The position numbers and the translations under genes were made by a program. Of a stretch of DNA of 64,000 bases, positions 1-7,651 are shown one piece after another. Numbering within the stretch: position 1 is the first letter of the stretch; each line of letters starts with the position of its first letter. This DNA is from Candidatus Riflebacteria bacterium HGW-Riflebacteria-2 (lineage in GTDB: Bacteria > Muiribacteriota > Ozemobacteria > Ozemobacterales > Ozemobacteraceae). Where the stretch lies: NCBI GenBank assembly GCA_002839435.1, contig PGYA01000020.1:8312-72311 (forward strand), in the 5' to 3' direction. A model generated the notes under the pieces. That model was given only the letters and a program-made list of their open reading frames with translations, was not told the origin of the DNA and ran no database searches.

Positions 1-1357
1 ATGCTTTGTTCTCGCCAAATTCATCTATTTCAAGGCTACGCAATTTTCTTATGATGCTCGGATCGACAGGTTTCTGGCTTGCCTCTTCGGCCGTCTTTGC
101 CGAAGAAATCGCAGTTGCTTCGCTTGCATTTTTTGAATCTGTATTATCGCTGTCTGTTTCATTGCTGACGGAAACCGGGTCTGGTAAGCCTGATGGTGGA
201 GTTGCCGATTCCAGCGAGAGGTGGCGGTTCAGTTGCCGAAATACTTCTTCGGTCTGCGGGTTTTTACCGAGGCGTTCGATCAGTTCCTGAACCTTGGGGT
301 GTTGTTTGTTTTTTTCTATCCAGCAGATAATACTGGCTTTTTTCTGGTCGTCAGCGAATGAAAGCTGAATTTCGAGATCGAACAGAAAGCTTTGCAGGCG
401 CTGTTGTTTCCAGAGTTTGATCATAGCGTCTGGTGTTGCCTGCTCGATCGGAAGAAGGCCGGTTGCCGCCAGAGCCTGACAGACGGTTCGGAAAATAAGT
501 GTCAACATCGGCTTCTGCGCCGCGGCAACGGCATCGATGCAGTCGAGTATACTCAGTGCTGTGTCGATGTCGGGGTTTGAGGCAAGTACTGTCTGGCAGG
601 CGGTCAACACCTCCTGGTCGCGTTCTTCAGGCAGCATCGACAGAATATAGCCCTTGACGCGGTCGAAAGGAAACAGAAAGCCGATGCCGATAGCAGCCAG
701 GCGGTTTTCCGGGTTGCGTGACGACAGCAGGTCGGAAAAATGTCTTTCGGCTTCGTCGGGGTCTATTTTTCGCAGGGCGCTTACCGAACGGCTGCGCACC
801 AGAGGTTCATTACTTGCCAGCAGATTGGGCAGCACCCGCGGCAGAATCGCCGGAGCTATGCTTTCAGCCGCGTTGATAAAAGGCAGGGCGAGGTTTGAAT
901 TGTCTTTGAGCAGGTATTTTTCTATAAAACCGGCGTCACTGATGCCGCCGTGTCGGCTGAGAAATGCGCCAACAGCCGGTATGACCTCGTCCGGGATTTT
1001 CTCTGGCGAATTGCGGATAATATCGAGAAGCTGTTCGGCCTGGTCTTTGCGGGCATTGAGAAATGTTTCCCGGCTCAAAAGCATTCCTGCCTGTTGCTTC
1101 GGGGTCGCTTCGGCCGTTGTTACAACCGGTTCTTCGCCAGAGAGCTGGTTGATATCGATCTTTAATCGCTCGGCTATTTTGCCGGCCGCCTGGTTGGCAA
1201 AGAACGAAAGTTCGCGGTCTTCGCAGGTCAAAAAAGGCAGCAGCGACCTGATTGCCTGCTCGCTTTTTCCCGCCCTTGTCAGCTTGACAATGGCCTGGAT
1301 CTTGACGCTGCGTTTGTCTGAATTAAGTTGCGAAATCAGTTCTTTTTCTTCGCTCAT
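1..1357 (-). CDS. HEAT/ARM-repeat protein, 3' end outside window
   Basis: Absent from the ORF track because it has no stop in the window. I checked the reverse-strand frame codon by codon. ATG at 1357-1355 (MSEEKELISQLNSDKRSVKIQAIVKLTRAGKSEQAIRSLLPFL...) stays open to position 2. The helical repeat units are of HEAT type. The + strand ORF 654..1397 is its Ser/Arg/Leu-rich antisense shadow. Confidence 0.6.
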   Translation of the reverse strand, partial: MSEEKELISQLNSDKRSVKIQAIVKLTRAGKSEQAIRSLLPFLTCEDRELSFFANQAAGKIAERLKIDINQLSGEEPVVTTAEATPKQQAGMLLSRETFLNARKDQAEQLLDIIRNSPEKIPDEVIPAVGAFLSRHGGISDAGFIEKYLLKDNSNLALPFINAAESIAPAILPRVLPNLLASNEPLVRSRSVSALRKIDPDEAERHFSDLLSSRNPENRLAAIGIGFLFPFDRVKGYILSMLPEERDQEVLTACQTVLASNPDIDTALSILDCIDAVAAAQKPMLTLIFRTVCQALAATGLLPIEQATPDAMIKLWKQQRLQSFLFDLEIQLSFADDQKKASIICWIEKNKQHPKVQELIERLGKNPQTEEVFRQLNRHLSLESATPPSGLPDPVSVSNETDSDNTDSKNASEATAISSAKTAEEASQKPVDPSIIRKLRSLEIDEFGENKA

Positions 1358-1438
1358 GCCGATGCCTGTTGTGAGACTTGTTCAGCATCCATTCTAATTA
1401 CAAGCCCGGCCCACTGCAACTAATTTATATTACAGTTG

Positions 1439-3400
1439 TTATGGTTGCAGCGTCAGTCGCGGCGCAACATATTCGTTGCCAGGTCTGACAGGTTGCGCCA
1501 TGCGGTTGGCTTCGCGGCGCACGATGTGCGGTGTGATAAAAATAATCAGTTCAGTTCTGACTTCCCGGGAAGTTTGCTTCTGAAAAAGCTTGCCGATGCC
1601 GGGCAGGTCGCCAAAAAACGGCACTTTGCTTACCGAGGTGCTTTTGTCGGTTTTGATCATACCACCAATGACTATTGTGTGGTTGTTTTTGCAGATAACT
1701 TGTGTCTTGGCGCTGCGATTGCTGAGGTTTGGCGTTGAATTGCCGCCGAGTTCGGTGAAGCCGAGCACGCTTGATATGGTTGGCTGTATGTCGAGAAACA
1801 CTTCGTCGTTGCCGGTAACCGACGGGGTTACGAGCAGTGTAATGTCGGCGTTGGCCTGCCCGATTGTGCTCGTGACATTGCCGGCCTGATCGGTAGTCGA
1901 ACCGGATACATAAGGAATCGCCTGTCCGACGGTAATATTGGCTTCGCGATTGTTGAGCGTAGTGATGACCGGGTTGCTCAGCACTTTTGCGAAGTTTTTT
2001 GTTTTGAGCATTGCCAGGAGCATGCGGAACTGGTTAACGTCGAGGCTGCCGAAGCGGAACACGCCGGTGCCGCCTGCGTTAGATTCTTCAGGTGAAATCG
2101 ACATGTCAAAAATGTTGTCTTCGGTTCCAGGTAATGGAATCGACTTCTGCCAGTTAACGCCGAGTCTCTCTTCTTCGTTTTTGTCGATTTCGTAGATGTG
2201 AGCGTCGATGGTTACCTGTATCGGCGGCATGTCGAGCTTTTCGATGAGTTCGCGGATGCGGTTGAGATTATTCTGGGTGTCAGTGATGATCATCATGTCC
2301 ATACGGCCCGAACCGCCGCCACCAGCTGCGCCGGCCTGCGACGCCTGGTTCGATGAGAACTCCTTGATCTGTACATCGGGTGAAAGCATTTTGATTGGGT
2401 CTGAAAGAGCTGATGCATCAGCATAGTTGAGATAGTAGACTTCGGTAACCGGGCGCGAGCTCACATCGACTGCGGTTTCCTTGATGTCGAGCTGGGGCAG
2501 CAGTTCGCTGACCTCTGCCAGTTTGGCTGCTGTATCGGTTATCATCAGCGAGTTCGTGCGCGTGTCGATTTCGCATTTGCCTCGCGGTGCCGGGCTGATC
2601 ATGCCGTCTATCGTCGTTTTCAGAGCGGTAAGCGATGCGTGCTGAATTCTGAATATACGGGTTATGGTCGGCGCGCTTTCTCTGGGGAAAATGCGCAGGA
2701 TCGAGCCTTCCCAGGCGAACGAAAGGTTGTAGGCATTTAACAGGGTGTTGATTGCCTCTTCAATTGTGACGTCGCTGAATAGTATTGTCACGGTGCCGGT
2801 GATGCCTTGACTGAGCATCAGGTTAACGTTGATAAGCTGCAGCAATGAGCGCAGCGCATCGGCTACGGGCGCTTCACGAAAATCGAGCGAAGTAATCTTG
2901 ATGTTTTTGTCGCGTGGCAGCTTGAGATAAGATTCCAGCTGCTGAGTCTTTGGGTCAGTTGCAGCTTCTTCTTCTGATGGCGATTGTAGGGAATTGGGCG
3001 TAGCACCGGTAACAGGTGCTTGTGGTGGTAGAAGCTGGTATCTCGGTTCAGGCGTCTGTTCTCTCAGCTGCCTGATCGTTTCGAGGACTTCAGGTGACAG
3101 TTTGTTCTCGTTTTCCTGCTGCTTTTCCGGGAGCCTTATGCGCGCTCCATTTCCCAGGTTGACCCAGCCCGGGCTTTGCTTGCCGGTTGGCTGGCTGTTT
3201 GTCAGATTTGGCCCGGATTCTCTGATAATCGGATAAAAAGAATTGTTCGGAGCAGGCTCGCGCGGGTGACTGATGGCGCCCCTGGTTGCGCTTCTGAGCG
3301 GTTGCCACTGCTTGGACTGGCTGTAAGCAGGTGCTATGCCGGCCAGACAGACGCTGCCCAGCAGAATATAGCGCAGAAAATTTTCCCGCCGCTTTGCCAA
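1439..3400 (-). CDS. pilQ: Secretin (PilQ/GspD family outer-membrane channel)
   Basis: 653 aa with signal peptide MAKRRENFLRYILLGSVCLAGIAPAYSQ. The C-terminal secretin core is NPVITTLNNREANITVGQAIPYVSGS ... VPFFGDLPGIGKLFQKQTSREVRTELIIFITPHIV. TTG start preceded by AGGAG. Confidence 0.9.
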   Translation of the reverse strand: MAKRRENFLRYILLGSVCLAGIAPAYSQSKQWQPLRSATRGAISHPREPAPNNSFYPIIRESGPNLTNSQPTGKQSPGWVNLGNGARIRLPEKQQENENKLSPEVLETIRQLREQTPEPRYQLLPPQAPVTGATPNSLQSPSEEEAATDPKTQQLESYLKLPRDKNIKITSLDFREAPVADALRSLLQLINVNLMLSQGITGTVTILFSDVTIEEAINTLLNAYNLSFAWEGSILRIFPRESAPTITRIFRIQHASLTALKTTIDGMISPAPRGKCEIDTRTNSLMITDTAAKLAEVSELLPQLDIKETAVDVSSRPVTEVYYLNYADASALSDPIKMLSPDVQIKEFSSNQASQAGAAGGGGSGRMDMMIITDTQNNLNRIRELIEKLDMPPIQVTIDAHIYEIDKNEEERLGVNWQKSIPLPGTEDNIFDMSISPEESNAGGTGVFRFGSLDVNQFRMLLAMLKTKNFAKVLSNPVITTLNNREANITVGQAIPYVSGSTTDQAGNVTSTIGQANADITLLVTPSVTGNDEVFLDIQPTISSVLGFTELGGNSTPNLSNRSAKTQVICKNNHTIVIGGMIKTDKSTSVSKVPFFGDLPGIGKLFQKQTSREVRTELIIFITPHIVRREANRMAQPVRPGNEYVAPRLTLQP

Positions 3401-3518
3401 TGTTTGCTCCTGAAACTTAACGGATCTGATAGTTATTATTCAAATCCATTATCGGCAGGTTCAGCGGTTTCATGAAGTAACAGTTATAATTGAATTATTG
3501 CAGTAGCCGATGGCCTGG

Positions 3519-4217
3519 TCAGTTTTTGTGATAACTGTCATCAACGGTATAAGAGCCGTCTTCGGCGATATTTACGTTGACGCCTCGCTTGGGAATCAGG
3601 AATGTATCCTTGCCACTTTCGAGAGATATTATCTCGGTTTTTATGTCGGCAATTTTTTTGTCGCCAAAGGCGTCGCCCTTGCGGTAAAGGCGCGAATCGA
3701 TAACAGCTACCAGTTCCTTACGGGTTTCTATCGTTGCAGTAAAGTTGGCCGCCAGTAATTGAACAGATTTCTTTTCGACAGGCATAGCGGCCATTTCTTC
3801 TTTTTTCTGGAGATCTTCGACCAGTTTTGCGTAAGGCGAACGTTCAAAAGGGTCGCGTTTCATTTTTTTAAGGGCCAGCATGATCGGGTCATCCAGCAAA
3901 GGGTTATCATCAGATGTTGCTGATGGCGTTTCTCCATCGGCTGGGGCATTGGCGTTTTCTGTTTCTCCACCTTCTGCTACATCTTCCGGGAGGTCTTCAG
4001 TTCCTTCCGTCCCTGCTGAATCTTCGCCGCCCACATCGGTCATATTTTCTCCGTCAGCGAGAGGTACCTGGTCATCCTGTAGCTGAAGATCATCCAGATT
4101 GAGGGCTACCCGTTGGCGAACCTGCTTCGACCCGGCTGGCGGACGGGTTTTGTGCCATTTTGCGCCCATGGCAACAGAAAGAACTATGAGGCTGAGGAAG
4201 AACAGTTTCTTGCCCAT
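3519..4217 (-). CDS. PilP-like pilus/secretion assembly protein with acidic linker
   Basis: 232 aa with an N-terminal membrane anchor and a long Asp/Glu-rich linker. The C-terminal segment ELVAVIDSRLYRKGDAFGDKKIADIKTEIISLESG resembles the PilP beta-sandwich pattern. Its start overlaps the upstream stop by 1 nt (TAATG). Confidence 0.5.
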   Translation of the reverse strand: MGKKLFFLSLIVLSVAMGAKWHKTRPPAGSKQVRQRVALNLDDLQLQDDQVPLADGENMTDVGGEDSAGTEGTEDLPEDVAEGGETENANAPADGETPSATSDDNPLLDDPIMLALKKMKRDPFERSPYAKLVEDLQKKEEMAAMPVEKKSVQLLAANFTATIETRKELVAVIDSRLYRKGDAFGDKKIADIKTEIISLESGKDTFLIPKRGVNVNIAEDGSYTVDDSYHKN

Positions 4218-4876
4218 TATTCCTCCACGAATCCGGGATCATCCGCAGATTCTTCTGGATTTCCTTCGCTTTCAGGCTGTGTCATTGACATCGCTATCGC
4301 ATCAGGGATCAGGATAGTTGTAGGGCTGAGCTCAACATCAAAGGTGCCGCTGGCATTTGGTGTCAGGTTTGGCATATTGAGAAAAGTGATTTTTTGTTCT
4401 TTTTCAACCAGCCTCATAAAAGTGGCAAGTTGCAGCAAATTGCCGCTGAAACCAAAGGTCACCGTGCATTTTTCTGCTTCTATATTCCCCATGGGTGTTG
4501 GCACCAGTGGCAAAGGCTTTACGCTTTTTATGGGAATGCCCGCCTGGGTAGCCAGTTCTCTGACCCGTCTGAGAAAGCTGGTCATTTCAGATTTTCGATA
4601 ACAAAGTTTGATGGCCTTGCCAAGCTGTGCTTTTTTATCTTCTATATCCAGGAGGATGTTTTCTCTGTTGTCTACTGCTGCCTGTACGTCGTTTATCTGA
4701 GATTCTATTGCTTTTGTTTTTCGGTCTTCTTTTTTGAGTTCGAGCACTTTTGGGGCATAAAGTCCCTTATAGCCTCCAAAAGCCAGGGCAGCAATAATCA
4801 CCAGCGGTTGCGCCGCCAGTTTTGGGTCTTCTTTGGCTTTCTTAAGCCAGTCTGTGATACTGAATTCTTCTGCCAT
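4217..4876 (-). CDS. pilO: PilO/GspM-like bitopic inner-membrane assembly protein
   Basis: 219 aa: short cytoplasmic N-terminus, one TM (LVIIAALAFGGY), a coiled-coil segment, then an alpha/beta domain. It sits between the PilM/N fusion and the PilP-like gene. Confidence 0.6.
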   Translation of the reverse strand: MAEEFSITDWLKKAKEDPKLAAQPLVIIAALAFGGYKGLYAPKVLELKKEDRKTKAIESQINDVQAAVDNRENILLDIEDKKAQLGKAIKLCYRKSEMTSFLRRVRELATQAGIPIKSVKPLPLVPTPMGNIEAEKCTVTFGFSGNLLQLATFMRLVEKEQKITFLNMPNLTPNASGTFDVELSPTTILIPDAIAMSMTQPESEGNPEESADDPGFVEE

Positions 4877-4889
4877 GGGTGATCCCTGT

Positions 4890-6764
4890 TTAGTACATTT
4901 CTTCTTCGGCTACTGGGGCGTCTGACAGGATTTCAGGTTCAGGTTCCAAGCCAGCTCGTTTTCTAAGCTCTACTGTATTAATCTTACCATTTAGTGCGAA
5001 TCTTATGAAGTATCTGGTATCGTCTATCGGCATTTCCTGAGTTGACTCAAGGGCTGGATCTTGAAAAACAGTAGACTTAGCCAGAATGTTGAGATACTCA
5101 AAGACGCTGTCAGAGTTGTCCGCAGTTCCCTGAATACGAAATGTCGGTGGCTGTGTTTGTGAATTGAAAGTGGCTCCGCTCAAAAATATTTGTGCGGGAG
5201 TTGTGCTGGCAAGTTCAAGAATGATAACAGAATTGACTATTCGCATGCGCTCAATTTCCAAGCCAAAATTTTGCATCGAGGTTAATTTTGTCTGCTCTTC
5301 GAGAACCAGGTTGATGTCTCCCTGAGAACCTCCCAATTCGCCAAGTTCTCTTTGCAACTTTTTCTGCTTACTCTTCTCATCGTTGACTTTTTGTCTGATT
5401 TTGAATACTGGATAAAGACCGATGAGAGCGATTATGGCCGCCAAGGCCCCCGCAAGTATGCGAAGTTTCTTTTCATCGAGTTCAAAAAGTTTTGCGGATA
5501 AGTTCCCACCAAACTTGGAGCTGACTCCAGAAAGGTTGATACTTTGGTTCTTTCTGTTGGGAAAGAGAATATCAATGAAGTTAATGATCTCCTTTTCTCC
5601 ATCGTAGAGAGCGACTCCCATGGTTGGGGCCAGACTCGCCGCCTCCAGTTCCCGCCTTTCCTCGTCATATTTAATTTCGCCGATTGTCATACGCGAAAAT
5701 GGTTGGGCTATAGAGGTAGATACTTCCAGGCTTTCCTCGATGAATTCTTTAAAATTGTTCATCGCGGCTGACCCGCCTGTAAGAATTATTTTGTCGAGAC
5801 CCGTCTCGCCAGATTGCGAAATGTAGAAACTTATAGACAGCTGAATGTGCTGGAAAATCTTTTCAACTGTCTCAAATATTTTTTGTGCGGCGAATTTCTC
5901 CGCACTCTTGAGTTCTTGTATCTCATCTGGCGGCATTACGCCAAGTTTGTGTTTGAGCTCGGTAGCTTCATTAAGGTGTTTGAACGTGATCTGCTGGCCA
6001 TCTACCTCTCCTCCCGCAAAGATTGCTTCAGTGATAGTAGCCCCTGCCATGTTAATGTCCCGGAAAAACTGGATCTTGCCGTTCTTGTATATCATTACAG
6101 ATGTGGTGGAGTTGCCGCAGTGAATTATTCCCACCTTTTTATCCCCGGACGCATAGGGCGCCATCTGTTTTTCAAGAGCTTTCTCAAGGGCTTGTGGCAG
6201 GGTAATTATTCCCTCGTTTGAAAGCCCGGCGCCTTTGAAGTTGAGATTTATGTAGTCAATAATGTCTTTCTGCAGGGCGGCAACCATGATTTGTGTAAGA
6301 GCTTTGTCGTCGCGCATGGTATCGCCCTGGACGTGGTAACCAAGGACGGCATTGCCCATTGAGAAAGGCATTTGCTTGTTCGCTTCGGCAGTTACAGCTT
6401 CAATAAGCTTGTCGGCTTCGACAACGGGTGGTATTTCAATGCAGCGGATGGTTACTTCCCGGTTAGAGGCGAAAGTGATGGCGCGTTTGGTTACGATTTC
6501 GTTGTCATAGAGCAATTCGGTAATGTGGGTGGTAAGGAACTGGCGCAGCTCTTTCAGGCAGTGCTCGCGCACGTCATCCTTACTCATGGTTTCGCGCTTT
6601 TCGTCGTCCAGTTCGTGCTCGAATGGCGGAATGTTCATCTGGGCCAGCGTTTTGAGCACAAACCCGCCATTCTCGTTTTTCTGGGCGTAGGCAAACTTCA
6701 GAGAAAACGAGCCAATATCGACGGCGACAAATGATTCAAATGTTGTTTCTGTTGTTGTGGTCAT
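4890..6764 (-). CDS. pilM: PilM-PilN fusion (GspL-like architecture): actin-like ATPase domain + TM + periplasmic domain
   Basis: 624 aa. The N-terminal actin/FtsA-like fold has VAVDIGSFSLKFAY and IIHCGNSTTSV phosphate motifs. A TM (LAGALAAIIALIGLYPVF) follows at about residue 440, then a coiled coil and a PilN-like C-terminal domain. Confidence 0.8.
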   Translation of the reverse strand: MTTTTETTFESFVAVDIGSFSLKFAYAQKNENGGFVLKTLAQMNIPPFEHELDDEKRETMSKDDVREHCLKELRQFLTTHITELLYDNEIVTKRAITFASNREVTIRCIEIPPVVEADKLIEAVTAEANKQMPFSMGNAVLGYHVQGDTMRDDKALTQIMVAALQKDIIDYINLNFKGAGLSNEGIITLPQALEKALEKQMAPYASGDKKVGIIHCGNSTTSVMIYKNGKIQFFRDINMAGATITEAIFAGGEVDGQQITFKHLNEATELKHKLGVMPPDEIQELKSAEKFAAQKIFETVEKIFQHIQLSISFYISQSGETGLDKIILTGGSAAMNNFKEFIEESLEVSTSIAQPFSRMTIGEIKYDEERRELEAASLAPTMGVALYDGEKEIINFIDILFPNRKNQSINLSGVSSKFGGNLSAKLFELDEKKLRILAGALAAIIALIGLYPVFKIRQKVNDEKSKQKKLQRELGELGGSQGDINLVLEEQTKLTSMQNFGLEIERMRIVNSVIILELASTTPAQIFLSGATFNSQTQPPTFRIQGTADNSDSVFEYLNILAKSTVFQDPALESTQEMPIDDTRYFIRFALNGKINTVELRKRAGLEPEPEILSDAPVAEEEMY

Positions 6765-6859
6765 TCTGAATGCCTATGTAGAGAATAACAGATCTCAAGT
6801 GCCAAAAGCTTTGTCTTGTAAATTTTGTTTTTCAGGACTGGCTTTGATGCAGGGGTAAT

Positions 6860-6898
6860 AAAAAACGGGCTGTCCATATTATTATGACACAGCCCGCT
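6860..6898 (-). terminator. Rho-independent terminator after the pseudopilin gene
   Basis: On the minus strand, GCGGGCTGT-loop-ACAGCCCG is followed by TTTTTT. It lies about 35 nt downstream of the stop at 6933. Confidence 0.6.
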
Positions 6899-6932
6899 TT
6901 AAATCTCTCAGACGCAACGTCGAGGCTCTGGT

Positions 6933-7505
6933 TTATTGGTAGGCTCTTCTGGCGCGTGTGATAGGCACAAGAATATCGTCAACATCTGCTTCTTCTTTCA
7001 GTTCATCGCTCATATTGATGATGTTGTTGACACCTTCTGCGAAACCGTTTACTCCTCTAGATCTCAGATAAAGGGTGTTGCCTTCGGCAAAATATTCGAG
7101 AGCAGTTCCCCAGGAGTCATACATGAAATCTTCAGGGTTGGCATCCATGTAGGGGCCCTTATAGCGTCTGTCGTAGCCACCAAGGGTCATATAGTTATGG
7201 TCATTTACCAGTACGTTATTGACTGAGGTGGCAGAAAATACGATCTTGGCATTGGCCAGGTTGTTGTAATTAGCTTTTAGTGAAATGTTGAATACTGGTC
7301 CTCCTCCTACCGGGAATCTGCCGGCATCTCGCTGGAAGGAAAGGAGCGCGCTCTTAAGGGAAGAGAGATTGGCTTTGGTTGCCGATGATCTGCCCTGGTC
7401 CGTGATAGAGCCTATCATAGGCCCTGCTACTGACGCCAGAACTGCGATAACAATGATAACAACCATTATTTCCATCAGCGTAAAGCCTGAGCGTTGTGTC
7501 TTCAT
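6933..7505 (-). CDS. GspG-like major pseudopilin / type IV pilin
   Basis: 190 aa. Prepilin cleavage/methylation motif MKTQRSG|FTLMEIMVVIIVIAVLA with Glu at +5. GspG-like core (ATKANLSSLKSALLSFQRDAGRFP ... DSWGTALEY ... LRSRGVNG). Confidence 0.85.
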   Translation of the reverse strand: MKTQRSGFTLMEIMVVIIVIAVLASVAGPMIGSITDQGRSSATKANLSSLKSALLSFQRDAGRFPVGGGPVFNISLKANYNNLANAKIVFSATSVNNVLVNDHNYMTLGGYDRRYKGPYMDANPEDFMYDSWGTALEYFAEGNTLYLRSRGVNGFAEGVNNIINMSDELKEEADVDDILVPITRARRAYQ

Positions 7506-7536
7506 AAATCGGTACCTCCCGTATCAGTTACCTGCA

Positions 7537-7564
7537 ATATAGTGAAATAAATAAAGGTGTCAAG
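7537..7564 (-). promoter_or_regulatory. Putative sigma70-type promoter for the pseudopilin gene
   Basis: The minus strand reads TTGACA-16 nt-TATATT. GGGAGG follows about 10 nt upstream of the ATG at 7505. Pattern match only. Confidence 0.4.
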
Positions 7565-7651
7565 TCAGCAAAAAGAAACTAGATTATTATGTCAGCAGTA
7601 GTGTAGCATAAAGCGCTGCAGGAAATCTAACAAAATGTTACATAAGGTCAT

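Noticed and set aside
654-1397. 247-aa + strand ORF, together with 6..290, 392..580 and 950..1165.
   Set aside because: It is Ser/Arg/Leu/Ala-rich with no motifs, and lies exactly antisense to a clean open HEAT-repeat frame on the minus strand that I verified codon by codon. These are shadow ORFs.
6933-7505. N-x-S/T sequons in the GspG-like pseudopilin (NLS, NIS, NMS) as evidence that it is the OST substrate.
   Set aside because: Three sequons in an Asn-rich 190-aa protein is about the chance expectation. None has the acidic -2 residue required by PglB-type enzymes. I kept this only as something to test, not as evidence.
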